Below, in pieces: positions 34,363 through 46,618 of a stretch of 64,000 nt of DNA (positions are counted from its first letter, which is position 1; every line of letters begins with the position of its first letter). Under the pieces are notes generated by a model. It did not search any database and had not been told where the DNA came from. It saw nothing but the letters and a program-made list of their open reading frames with translations. The stretch is from Scenedesmus sp. PABB004 (Eukaryota): positions 682,001-746,000 of the forward strand of contig JABVCE010000011.1 in NCBI GenBank assembly GCA_014905635.1, given 5' to 3'. The translations under genes and the position numbers were made by a program.

Positions 34363-36256
34363 TCACCCGCCGCCGCCGCCGCTCCCGGGCGGCCCGCCGC
34401 CGCCGTAGCCGACCTCCATGAGCTCCAGCAGCCGCGCCTCGGCCTCGGGGTCCATCGCCGGCGGCGGCGGCACCTGCCGCGTGTACGGCCGCCACGCGAG
34501 CAGCTCGCGCGCGCCCGCCATGCCGCGCCCGCGCGCCATCGCGGGGCTCACGCCCCGCAGCAGCGCGAGCGACTCGGGCGTGAGGGCGTAGCACGCCTTG
34601 ACCGCCTCCCGCGCCACCGCGCCGCCGCCTGCGCGGCGGGCAGCGCGGCGGGCGAGCAGCGAGGCGCGGCGGCGCCGGGCAGTGAGCCGCAGCGTGCAGA
34701 GCGGCGCGGGCGCGCACGCGCAGTCGGGCCGCAGGCCGTCGCGCACCTGCGGCGCCGGCGCCGGCGCCGGCGGGCGGCAGGCGCGGGCACGTGCGCGCCA
34801 GCACGACCGGCGCGGCGGTCGGCGGGTTGTGCACCTGCGCGCGCGCGCCGCTCGGCCGCGTCGGCCCCGCCCGCCTGCGCGCCCCCCAGTGGCCGCGTCG
34901 GCCCCGCCCGCGCCCGCGCCCCTCCGCCGCGCGGCGCGCGGCCTCGCACGCCGCAGCGCACGCAGCCGCGGCGCGCGCCCTACGCCCTAAACCCCGCGCG
35001 CCGCGCCTGCAGGAACTCGTCGACGGTCCAGTGCAGGAAGCGCATGAGGAACAACCTCATTGCCAGGCCGTGCGTCACGAGCAGCACGCTCGCGCCGCCA
35101 AAGCGCGCCGCCGCGGCGTCGCGCACAAAGTGGTCCTGGAAGCTGCGGCGCGCGGCGGCGCGGCGGCGCGGCGGCGCGGGCGCGGCCGGCGCCGCGTCGG
35201 ACGCGCGCCGGCGCGCGCGGCGGGCGGCGGGCGCGCGCGCGCGTCGCTGGGCGCCCCGCCGCCGCCCGGCAGGGCGCCGCCGCGCGTCGCACATGGTCAT
35301 GCGGTCAAACACGTCCGCCGCGCTCTCGCCGTCGGGGAAGCGGAAGAAGAATCGGCCATACTTCAGCCGCTCCTCGTAGTTGCGCGCCTGGCGCGAGACG
35401 GACAGCGGCGCGGCGGCGGCGCGGCGGCGCGGGCGCTCGGCCGCGCCCACGCACGCGCCGCGGCCACGGCCGGCGCCGCGCGGCAGGGCCACGCCGCCCA
35501 GGCCGCGCGCCTGCTGCCCGGGGGCCTGGAAGTTGCCCCAGTCCTGCTCCCGCAGCTGCACCTCCTCCTGGTACCCCAGCAGCTGCCGGCGTACGGCCGC
35601 GGCGGCGCGCGGCCGCGCGTGAGTGCGCGCGTGCGTGCGTGTGCGCGGGACGGGCGGATGGCCAGCCAGGGGCCGCCCCGCCGCGCCAGCTGCGGCCGGC
35701 GCCGCCGCGCGCAGCGCACCTGGTCGTCGTCCAGCGCGCGCGCCACCTGCTGCGCCGTCTGGATGCAGCGCAGGAAGGGCGAGGTGTACAGGAACAGCCG
35801 GCCGCCGCCGCCGCCGCCGTCGCGCTCCAGCAGCTGCCGGATCGCCCGCCCCGCCGCGAGGCTCTGCGCCACGCCCCGGCTGCTGAGCGGGATGCGGTGA
35901 TTGGGTATCTGCAGCTGCTCCTGCAGCTGCTCCAGGCCCGCGCTCTGCGGCGGTTGGCGGCGGTTGGGTGGGAAGCAGACGCAGCAGCGCGCCGCGTCCG
36001 CTGCGCCGGGACCGCGGCGCCGCCCGCCGCGCATCCCCGGCAGGCCCATGAGCAACCCACGGACCTCGCCATGCCGCAGCAGCACGATGTAGGGCGGCAG
36101 CGACACCGCGGGGAGCTCGGCGGCGCCGGCGCTGCTCGACTCGCGCCGCCGGCCGGCGCAAGCTGCCGCTGCCCCCGGAAGCAGCGCGGCCCGCCACGCC
36201 GCTGCGAGGATCGCCGACGGCGACCGAGCGCCCAGCAGCGCCCCCGGCGGCAGCAT
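34363..36256 (-). CDS. Histidine phosphatase superfamily (phosphoglycerate mutase-like) protein, multi-exon
   Basis: IVLLRHGE, YTSPFLRCIQT, LREQDWGNFQ, YGRFFFRFPDGESAADVFDR and VTHGLAMRLFLMRFLHWTVDEF motifs. Confidence 0.9.
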
Positions 36257-36544
36257 CGGCAGCGGTCGTCGGCAGCGGCGGGCGGCGGCGGCGAGCGGGC
36301 CGGGCGCCAGGAGGCGTGTCACGGTTCACCCGCCCCCCTGGGCGAGCTGGCGAGCGGTTTTCGCGAGCGATCGGCGGCGGCCGGGCACGGCCGACACGCG
36401 CGGCGGCGACCAGCGAAAAACCCCGCAGGCTCCGGCGAGCGCTGCACAGCCGGGAACTGACCGCTTGCGGCAAAGGCGACTTGAGCTGAGCTTCCCTGCA
36501 TCGCGGCGCAGCAGCGCGGCCTCGGTCAACGGCTGCAGCCAGCC

Positions 36545-36587
36545 GCTCGCTCGCAGCGAACGGGGGCTCGCTCGCAGCGAACGGGGG
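36545..36587 (+). repeat. 21-bp tandem duplication in the spacer between divergent genes
   Basis: gctcgctcgcagcgaacgggg at 36545 and 36566. Confidence 0.85.
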
Positions 36588-36608
36588 TTCCCCCGACGCC
36601 GCACGGGC

Positions 36609-39600
36609 ATGGCGGAGCCGGGGGCAGCGGGCGAGCTGGAGCAGGCGGCGTTCGAGCCGCGCATGCTGGCGGCCGGGCTGTCGGCGCTGGGGCCCGCCGC
36701 CGGCGGCGAGGGCGCAGCGTACCTGCACCTGGAGCTGACCGGCACCACGCTCGACGACCCGGCCCCCATCGGCACGCTCCGGTGCGCGCGCGCGCGCGCA
36801 CGCGGCGCAGCAGCGCGCAGCGCCGCCGCCCAACCGCGCGCGGCCGCCGCGCTCCAGGCACCTGCAGAGCGTGTGCGTCGCGCGCAACCGCCTGACCACG
36901 CTCGCGCCGCTGTCGGCGCTGACGGCGCTGTCGGCACTCGACGCGTCGCACAATCGCTGCAACGCCCTCGACTTTGGCCCGGCGCCCGGCAGCAGCCTGC
37001 GCGCCGCCGACCTGTCCCACAACGCGATTGATCGCATCGGCGGCGGCCTGTCGGCGCTGACGCGCCTCGCGTCGCTGAGCCTCGCGGCTAACCGCCTGAC
37101 CAGCTGCGCCGGCCTCGAGGGTGCGCGGCGGGAGGCCGGCGGCCGACCGCGCGCCGCGCGCCGCGCGCCGCCCGCCGCCTGACCGCCGCCCCGCCCTCGC
37201 CGCCGCCCTCGCAGGCCTGGTTGGGCTGCGCGAGCTGGACATCAGCGGAAATTACGTCACCTGCCTCGCGCCGCTCGCGGGCGCGCGCGCACTGGAGGTG
37301 CTCCAAGCCGCGCGCAACCACCTGGCGAGCTGCGACGGCGTGCAGGCCCTGACCACCCTGCGCCGGTTGGACTTATCTGGGAACTGCCTGGGCCGCCTGG
37401 AGGCGCTCGCGCCGTGCAGCGGGCTGGCGCTGCTGTCGGAGCTGCGCGCAAAAGACAACCCGGCCACGGCCACCCAGGACGCGCGGCGCGCGGCCGTGCG
37501 GCTGCTGCCGCAGCTGTTGCTGCTCGACGGCGCCGCCGTGTCGGCGGAGGAGCGGGTCGACGCAGCCAACGCCGGCGCGGCGGGCGGCGCGGCCGCTGCG
37601 CTGGCTGCCATCCGGCGCGCGCACTTCCCCGCTGAGCTCGACGGCGACGGCGGCGGCGCGGTGCCGCCCAAGGCGGCGGGCCTCGCGCCGTCGCGGGCCG
37701 AGGAGGAGGAGAGCTGCCCCGACGCGGCCGCCATGCTCGCGGCCGTCGACGCCTGGGCGGCGACGGTGCCGCCGGCCGCGGCAGCGCTGCCGCGCGGCGG
37801 CGGCGCCGGCCCTGCGCGGCCGTCCGCGGACGGCTGCTGGCGCGGCGGCGCCGGCGCCGGCGCGGCGGGCCCTGCCGGCAGCAGGCGCGCGAGCGGGGGC
37901 GCGGCGCCGGGCGCCGCCGCGCCAGCAGCGAGCGCGAGCCTCCGCAGCCGCACCAGCTCGGCGGGCGCGCGGGGCGCGACGGGCGCGGCGGCGGTGGCGT
38001 CGCGCCTGGCGGCGGGGTGCTCCGCCGCGGGCGCGCCGTGGGCCGAGCTGCAGCGCGCGCGCGCGTGCTATTCCTGGGTGTGCGCGCACGCCGTGCTGCC
38101 GCCGGGCTGCAGCGCGGAGTCCGGCGCCGACGAGCAGACCTGGAGCGTGGGGCCGCACCTGTTTGGCGAGGCGCCGGAGCAGGTCGCGCTGCACGCGGTG
38201 AGGTGGGCGGGGCGGCTGCAGCGCGGCGTGCGGCCGGCCGCCGCGCCCGCGCCAACGCCGCCGACGCCGCGCACGCGCGCAGGCGCTGCTGCCAGGACAC
38301 GGCGGGACGTTTGCCGAGTGCGCGTCCGCACTGCTCGTCGCGCTCGCGCGCGCGTGCGGGCTCGAGGCGGCGCAGCTGCACGGCTGGTGGAAGGCCGGCG
38401 GCGCGGCGGGCGTGCCGCCGGGCGGCCGCCTCGCGGCACACAACCACGCGTGGGCGGCGGTCAAGGTCGGCGGCCGCTGGCGCCTGCTCGACCCCGTCGC
38501 TGGCATGCTGGGCTCCGGGCAGCCCTTTTTCACCGCGCCCGAGGCCTTCATCCACTCCCACCTGCCGCTCGAGTCCTGCTGGCAGCTGCTGCCGAGCCCG
38601 CTGAGTGCGGAGGCGTGGTGGCAGCTGCCCGAGGCGGCGCCCGCGCTCTTCGCCGCCGGCGGCGCGCTGCTGGACGGGCATCTGCGCGCGCGCACCGAGC
38701 TGCCACCGCCGAGGTGCGCCGCGCGCGCGCGCGCGCGCGCGCGCGCGCGCGCACCTCGGCCGCTGAGTTTTGGACGCCGGCGCGCGCGCGCTGGAGGCCT
38801 CCAGCGCGCGCGCCCCCCTAGGGGGGCACAGGCGCCGCCGCACCGGCGCTGCCGCTCGCAGGGAGGGGCAGGCCCTCCCCGGCCTCATGATTCCGCTGGC
38901 GGCGCCGGACGGCGAGCAGCTGTTCGTCGAGGCGCGGCTCCTGGACGAGCAGCGCCGCGAGCTTGCGCGCTGGCGCCGCGGCGGCGGCGGCGGCGGGCGC
39001 CTGGTGTTCCAGCAGCGCGCGCTCGCGGTGGCGGCTGGCGCGTCGCCGCAGCAGCAGCAGCAGCAGCAGGAGGAGGAGGTGGTGCGGCTGGAGGTGTGGG
39101 TGTCGCCGCCGCGCCCGGGCACCTTCTATGTGCACCTGGAGCTGGTGCGGCGCACGCCGCGCTGGCTGCGGCTGGCCGTGCAGGGGCTGCCGACGCCGCT
39201 GGACGTGTCGCGCTGGGAGCGGCAGGACGTGGTGCGGCTGTGCGTGGTGGTGCCGCCGGTGCAGCCGCGGGAGCCCGGCGCCGCCGACCGCGACAGCCAC
39301 GTGGCGAGCCTGCCCCTCGCGCTGCCGCCGCCTGCGCTGTGCGCCGCGGCGGCCTGCGGCGGCGGCAGCGCAGCGTGCCAGCTGCTGCGGCCGTCGCCCT
39401 GCCTCCTGCTCGAGGCAGACCGCCCCGAGCGCTTCGAGGTGGCAGTGTCCGGCTGGGCAGCGGTCGCGGTCGGCTGCGAGGCGCTGGGCTGGCAGCCGCT
39501 GGAGCGCGGGCCGGTCGCGGGGGTCTTCGGCGGCGCGGTGGTGCTGCCCCGGGCGCCCCAGTGCTTTGTTGCGGTGGCACAGCAGGGCGGCGGCAGCTGG

Positions 39601-40050
39601 CTGCCGCTGCTGAGCCTGCACGTCACGCCCCAGGTGAGTGCGCGCGCGCACCGACTGGTGGCAGCGGGACGCCGCGCCCCACGTGCGCCTGCGAGGTGCT
39701 CAGCCCCCGCCGCCTGCCCGCAGGAGCACAGGCTCGTGGCGGTTGCAGATGCGCACGCGCCGCCGCAGCCTGACCCCGCCGACCCGCGGCTCGCGCGCGC
39801 CCGCGCGCTGCTGGCGGGCCTCGGCGTCGGCCGCGACGGCGCCGCCAGCCGGCGTGACATGCTCGCCGCGTTCCGGCGCGACCGGCAGCTGGCGGACCAC
39901 CTGCGCATGCCGCACCGCGTCAAGGCCGCTGATGGCACCTTTGACGCCTTCCTGGCCGCGTTTGCTGCCATCAACACCGACGGCCTCGGTCGCGTCGACG
40001 CGCGGCAGCTGTGGGCGCACCTGGTCAGGACTGGCGCGGGGCCGCCGTGA
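36609..40050 (+). CDS. LRR (LRGUK/LRRC23-like) + transglutaminase-like + EF-hand protein, FAP246-like
   Basis: AYLHLEL, LDASHN, LDISGN, LDLSGN LRRs; HNHAWAAVKVGGRWRLLDP and F..SHLP...WQLL (KY/Cyk3-type TGc); INTDGLGRVD EF-hand-like; TGA at 40048-40050. Confidence 0.75.
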
Positions 40051-40282
40051 GCGCGGGTGCCGCGGAGACCGTGCTGCCGGCCCACTGATCGGCCTGACGG
40101 CGCGGCGAGCACGATGCGGGGGGCGGGCGCGCGCGGCATGTGACCCTGGCGTCACCTGGCTACGTCGCACCCCCCACTCAGCTTCAGCTGAACACTAGCA
40201 GTCCCAGGAGGCTAGGCTGAACGACAGGTCGGGAGCAGGAGCACTCCCAGCTGCGCTGCACAAGCGAGCCTGCCGCGTGCAC

Positions 40283-41124
40283 CTACTCTGCCGCCGCCGA
40301 CGCCGCCTCGTCGCCCGCCACCAGCGCGGAGCCACCCGGCAGCTCGGGCTCCGCCTCTGGCTCAGCCGCCGCCGCGGCCTCGGCGCTCGAGCCATCGCCG
40401 GACCCCTCCCCGCCGGCCGCCTCCGCGACCTCGCCCGCCGCCTCCGCGGCGCCCTCGCCGGCCTCCTCCGCTGCCGCCGGGGGCTTGGCCTCGTCGCCCG
40501 CCTCCTCCGCCGCGACCGCGGGCGCCTGCGCGGCCTTGCCGCTTGCCTCGTCGCCGCCGGCCTCGTCCGCCACGGCCGCCTGGCTGACCTGCGCCGCGCG
40601 TGCGCGGCCGTGAGCCGCAGCGCTCACCGGCTGCGCGCGGTGGCCTGCAGGCCTGTCCCGGCACCAGCGCACCTCGGGCTCGTCGGCGACCGCGGTCAGG
40701 GGGGACTGCTCGGCCGCCACAGCAGGTTCGGCGGGCGGCAGCACGCCGTGCGCCCCATCGCTGGCCGCCGGCTCGGCTAGCGCGGCCTCGGCGGCGCCGT
40801 CGCGCGCCGGCGGGGTGGCCTCAGAGGCGGGCGGCTCGGTGCTCACGGCAGCGGTGCCGGCGGAGGGCGCCGGCGCGCCCTGCGGCTCGGCCAGCTGCCC
40901 GGGCGCCGCGTCGCCGTCCGGGCGGGGCGTGGTGGTGGCCGTGGTGTCGCGGGGCGTCTGTGGCAGGGGCGTGGCGGGTCGTAGGCGGCCCGGCGGCCGC
41001 TGCGCGTGGGCAGCGGCGCACGCGCAAGAAGCGGCGGCCGCCGCGCGGCGCTCGGGCAGCTGGTGGGCGTGCACGCCCTCACCGTGGACGCCACGGCCGC
41101 GGTGGAGCTGCAGACGGCCCCCAT
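40283..41124 (-). CDS. Small acidic Ala/Glu-rich protein with N-terminal MGAVCSS acylation motif (3 exons)
   Basis: Exon 1 41124-41083 (MGAVCSSTAAVAST|gtgag), acceptor at 40958; remainder is A/E/P/G-rich; TAG at 40283. Confidence 0.6.
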
Positions 41125-41490
41125 GGACACGCGCGGGGGGCGGCAGGCGGCGCTGGCCGGGGTGCGGCGGCGCGCGCCGGTTGACCGGCCCGTCTCTAGA
41201 GATGGGCGCGTGCAGGGCGGGCAGGGGGCGGCGTGGGCGGTCGCTGAGGGGGAGACGTCGCGTGCCAGCCGGGCCGGACGAAAGTCTGTTCACGCGGCCG
41301 CGTGCCGGCGAGCCTGAACCGCTGCGTTTCTCGCTCGCGCGCGGCGCCGCCGCCAAAGCTGTCAATCCCGCCCCCCGCCCCGCCCGGCCGGTCTCTCTCG
41401 CTCGCTGCCCGCGGCGCCAGGCCGCCCCCAGTGCCGCCACCGCCGCCGCCTCCCCAATGCTGCTGCTGCCGACGCCAACCATTCGCCGCC

Positions 41491-41836
41491 TCACTCGCCC
41501 TCTTTCTCGATCAGCACGAACAGCGGCGTGCCCTCCAGCTTCTCGCGGCCCTTCAGCGCCGGCAGCTCGATCACGCACGCCGCCTCCACGACGACGCCGC
41601 CGACCTTGCCTGCGCCGGGCGCGGCGGGCGCGGTTCAGCGGGCGCAGTCGCGCGCGCGTGCGACGGCCGCGCGCTGATCGCCCCGCCGCGCCCGCCCCCA
41701 GCACGCGCGCCGGCGCTCACGGACGAGGTTGATGCCGGCGCGCAGCGTGCCGCCGGTCGCTATCAAGTCGTCCACCTGCCGGCAGCGCGCGCGGCGCGTC
41801 AGAGCCGGCGGCCGGCGCCGTCCCCCGCCGCCGCCG

Positions 41837-41867
<31 letters not shown>

Positions 41868-42782
41868 TGCGGCAGGGCCCAGCGCGCGCCGCACCAGCAG
41901 CACCCGCTGGCCCGGCGCGACCGCGCCGGTGTGCATCTCGATGCTGTCTGTGCTGTACTCTGTGATGTACGACTCACACACCGTCTCGCCTGCGCGGCCG
42001 CGCGCGCGCGGGCGGCCGCTCGGCGCCAGCCCGGCGCTGGCGGCCGGCGCGCGGGCAGCGCGCCGCGCCGAGCCCCGGCGCGCCGCACCGGGCAGCTTGC
42101 CGGGCTTGCGCAGCGGCACAAAGGGCACGCCGAGCGCGAGCGCGAGCGGCGCGCCAAAGATGAAGCCGCGCGCCTCAAAGCCTGCCGGCGGCGGCGGGGC
42201 GGGCGGGGGCGGGGGCGGCGTGCTCAGCGAGCGCCGTGCGGGCGCCGCGCGGCCGCGGCCGTCCCAGCGCCGCCGCGGCACGGGCGCCGCCGCCGCCGCG
42301 GCGCCCACCGGCGACGACATCGATCTGCTGGTCGCGATAGCGCGAGGCCATGAGGTCGATGGTCAGCTGGAATGCCTGCGGCGGGACGGGGCCGACGGCG
42401 GTTGCGGTGCCGGCGGGGGCGGGGCGGCGCGATTCCGCGCCGCGCTGCGAGCGCCGCGGCGCTGCCGGCGGCGCGCCGCGCGCGCCGGCCGTGTCCGCAC
42501 CCTGGGGTCGAGCAGGAGCGTGGTGACGTCCCAGAAGAGGATGCCGGGCTTGGGAAAGTCGGGGATGCCCCTGATGGCCAGCGAGATGAGCTCTGCCGCC
42601 GCCGCCGCGTCCAGGCCGGCGCCCGGGCCGCTGCCAGGCACGGCCGAGCCGCCCACCGGGACGACCCCCGGCTGCGTGAGGGCAGCGGTGGGCATGGCGC
42701 GGCGCTGCGGGGCGGGCCGGGGCAGGGCGGCGCCGGGGCGGCGCGGCGGGGCGCGGAGGAGGCGGCGCGTCGCGGGCAGCAT
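41491..42782 (-). CDS. APRT: Adenine phosphoribosyltransferase with probable transit peptide
   Basis: [50 protein letters not shown] and EAACVIEL motifs. Confidence 0.96.
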
Positions 42783-43337
42783 GCGTGGGAAAGGTGGCGC
42801 GGGGCCGCGGCGGTGCCACACCGGCAGCAGCAGCGCACCGGACAAGTGACAAGCGGCTGTTCGCGCGCGGCCAAATCGAGGCGCCGCTCCGTGCGTCCCT
42901 GCCTAGACGCCAGCCCCCCAGACCGCGCCCGGCGTCCTCCGTCGCGTCCTGCGCCAGCGCCAGGCGCACCGCGCGGTCGAGCCTGCAGGTGCGCACGCCG
43001 CGCGAGGGCCGCGACGTGGTGACCGACGCCGCCCCGAGGCGACCGCGCGCGCGCAGCAGCGGGGAGGCAGCGCGCGCGCCGGGCGGACAGAGGGCATGGT
43101 CGGTTGCGTTTGCGCCGCTGCGCCGTTTGCTGGCGACGAGGCGGCTCGCACGCCCGCCCCGGAGCTGGCGGTCAGGCGCCACTGCGAATGCCGTCGCGCT
43201 GGCGCTGCCACGCTGCCCGGTTGCGCGCGGGCAGCTCAGGTGGTTGCTGCTGCTGCCGCGCCCGCCCGCAGGCGCCGAGGCGGCGCCGTCGCGCTCCTCC
43301 CCCGCCCCAACCAGCGCCCCACCCCACCACTCCCGCC

Positions 43338-46313
43338 ATGGCGCGCCGGCAGCAGCGGCAGCAGCCGCGGCGGCGCGGCGGCGCGGCGCGCCGCTGCCTC
43401 GCGGCGCTCGCGCTGCTCGCGGCGGCGCTCGGCGGCGCCGCGGCGCAGAACGAGCAGGGCCGCATCCTCTACGGCATGGGCCAGTGGCTCTCCGGCAACG
43501 ACGCCGACCTGCTCGGCACGCTCGGCTGGACGCCGGGCGGCGACCCCTGCAGCGGCACGTGGACGGGCGTCGCGTGCAACGCCGAGGGCTACGTGACCTC
43601 CGTGTGAGCCCTCGCGCGCGCGCGCGCGCGCACGCGCCCGCCCGCCGCGGCTGGGGCTCACGCGCCGCCGCCGCCGCCGCCGCGGCGCAGCGACCTGGCC
43701 AACAAGGGCCTGGGCGGGTCGCTGCCCGCCGAGACGAGCGTGTGGGGCGGGCTGACCGGCCTCACCTCGCTGGACCTCTCGGGCAACAAGCTCGGCGGCG
43801 GCGTGCCCGCCCAGATCACGGCGGCGGGGCCGCAGCTCACGTCGATGTGAGCCCCCCGCGCGGCGGGCGGGCGCGGGCGCGGGCGGGCGCTGGCAGGCGG
43901 GCAGCGGGGCGACGGGCGGGTGGCGTGGGTGCGCGCGGGCGCGCTGACGCGCCGCCGCCGCCGCCGCCGTCGCCGCGCCCGGGGCGCCGCAGCAACCTGA
44001 GCGGCAACTCGGCGATGTGCGGCGCGCTGCCGACGGGCGTGGCCGAGCCGACGGCCACCGGCACGGGCATCGGCGCGGCGTGCGGCGCCGACGCGCCGGC
44101 GCCAGAGGCGCCCGCCGCGCCCGCCGCGGACAACGCCACCGCCCCGGCGCCGCCGGTGGCGCCCGCCGACGGCCCCGTCGCGGCGCCGTCGCCGTCGCCC
44201 GCCGCGGCGACGTCCCCGCCGCCGCCGCCCCCGGCGGCGCCCGCCGCGCCGCCGCCGCCGCCGCCGCCGACGCCGATCGGGACGTCGCCCATCTGCAGCT
44301 GCGCGCTGTCGGGCTTTGGCTCGAGCCAGTGCGCCTCGGCGCTCGCGGGCGTGTGCGCGCGGCCGGGCAAGCCGTCCGTGTGCGGCGCGGGCGACCCCAG
44401 CGCGGACGCCGGCGCGGCGCAGCAGCTGGGGGAATACCTCAGCGAGCAGTGCTTCCCGGGGCAGAGCATGGACACCTCCATCTGCACCTGCGTGCAGGTG
44501 CGCCGGCGCCCCGCGCCCAGGGCTAGCGGCCGCAGCAGCCCACCCGCGCGCGCGCGCGCGCGCGCCGCAGCCGCGCTGCGCCCACCCGCGCCGCGCCCAC
44601 GCGCGCCGCGCCCACGCGCGCCGCGCCCGGCGCGCGCCGCAGAACCTGCTGGGCAACGACTGCGCCAAGGCGCGCGTGGGGCTGTGCGTGAGCAGCGCCG
44701 CGACGTGCCTGCCCTTCCAGAGCATCATTGACGTCAACGGCAGCACCAGCGCCGCCGCGGTCGGCCAGGTCGCGCCCGTGCTCGAGCGCGACTGCCCCAT
44801 CGCCGAGCCCACCACGCCCGGCGTCAAGGCGCGCCGCGCACGCCGCGCTCGCCGCCGCGCCGCACGCCTGCCGCGTCGCGCCGCCGTCGCGGCGCCCTCC
44901 GCGCTCCCGCCGCCGCCGCGCCTCGGCGGCCCACCGCGCCCGCCGCGCCGCGCCGCGCCCCGGCCCTCTCCCCGCCCCGCCAGGCGACGATGGAGTTTCC
45001 CGACCTGTCCATGGGGCAGTACATCACGCGGCAGTACACCCAAAACGTGGCCAACGCGCTCTCCAGCGTCACCGGCGTGCCTTCGACCTCCATCTCGGCC
45101 CTCGACGTCCGCCCCTTCCAGGGCGGCGGCGGCGCGCGCCGGCGGCTGCTGCAGGGCGGCGGCGGCGGCAACGGCGTGCAGGCGACGTACTTCATGTCGA
45201 CCGCCGACCCCGCGGGCGTGAGCCAGCGGCTCAGCGCGGCGGCGAACGACGGCAGCCTCTCGCGCCAGCTCGGGCAGTACGGCATCACCGCGCAGGCGGG
45301 CGGGCTCAAGGTGCAGTCGTACCTCCAGGCGCCCGCGCCGGCGCGCAGCGGCGGCGGCGGCGGCTTCCCGCTCTGGGCGCTCGCACCGATCATCGTCGGC
45401 GGGCTGCTGCTGCTCGCGCTCGCGGCGGGCCTCGCGTGGTGCCTCTGCTGCCGCGGCGGGCGGCGCGGCGCGAAGCGCGGCGCGGCCGCCGCGCCGGCCG
45501 CCGCGTACGCGCCGGCCAAGTCGGTCGACGCGCTGCCCACGTCGGGCTACGACTACGCGCCCGCCGCGCCGCCCGCGCCGCCCGCGCCGGCGGCCGGCGC
45601 CGGCGCCGCCGCGCCCGCCGCGGCGGCCGCGGGCGTGGGCGCGGCGGCCGCCGCGGGCGCGGCCGCCGCGGGCGCCGCCGCCGCGCGCAGCGCGAGCTTG
45701 CGCGAGCGCAGCGGCGCGGCCGACCTGCCGGTCAGCCGCTCCATCAAGGTGCCCGCCCTCGACGCCGGCGGCGCGAGCCCGGAGCCGGGCGGCCTGCGTG
45801 CCGGCGCGGCCGCGGGCGCGTCGCCGGCCGGGCTCGCGCCCGTGCGCACGTCGTCCGGCGCGGCCGCGGCAGCCGCGGGCGCGGCGGCCGCGGGCGCCGG
45901 CGCGGCGGCCGCGGGCGCGGAGGGCACCGCCGGGTCGTCGTGGCGCAGCAACGTGCGCCCCGCGTCGGGCACGCTGCCCGCCGGCGCCGGCGCGACCAGC
46001 AGCATGGCGACCGCGGGCAAGGGCAGCCAGGCGGAGCGCGCCAAGTTCTGGGCGCAGTTCCAGGAGACCTGGCAGCAGGTGCGCGGCCTGCGCTCGCCGG
46101 CGCGGGCGGTGCGGGGCGCCGCTGGCATCCGTTGCCCGCGTCGCGCAGCCGCGGCCCCGCCGCGCCGGCCGCCGCTGCGCTCACGCGCGCCCCGGCGCTC
46201 GCGCTCGCGCTCGCGCCCGCCGCGCGCAGGTGCGGCACAACCAGAACGCTGGCGACGAGCCGGGGACGCCGAGCTCCGGCACCAACTGGACGGACATCAC
46301 TGAAAAGAAGTGA
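43338..46313 (+). CDS. LRR receptor-like type I membrane protein without a kinase domain
   Basis: Signal peptide; W..GGDPCSGTWTGVAC plant-type LRR cap; LDLSGNKLGGGVP; Pro-rich stalk; two Cys-rich repeats; RRRLLQ; TM LWALAPIIVGGLLLLALAAGLAWCLCC; TGA at 46311-46313. Confidence 0.8.
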
Positions 46314-46618
46314 TCAGCGACCCCGCTGCGCCCGGCGGCGGGCCGGGCGGCGGGCGCTGGGCCGGCGTCTGCTGCGCTGTGAACGGACGCTCTTGGGCAT
46401 AAGCAATGGGCACGCGGCACTCGCATTGCTTTGAGCGCGCGCGCTCGCGCGCACGCGGCACCGCGCGCTGGGCGGCAGGGGACGGCGGCCGTGATCGTGA
46501 TCGTGCGCTGTGCTGCCTGGGGCTGCTGCTGCTGCTGCTGCTGCTCTCGCGCTTGGGCTGCTCGCGGGTGAGTGAGTGACCGACGCCGCTGTGACCAAGC
46601 TTGGCAGGCCGCCGCACT

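Noticed and set aside
34984..34994. ccctaaaccc telomere-like word in a PGM-like intron
   Set aside because: Barely more than one unit; compatible with chance
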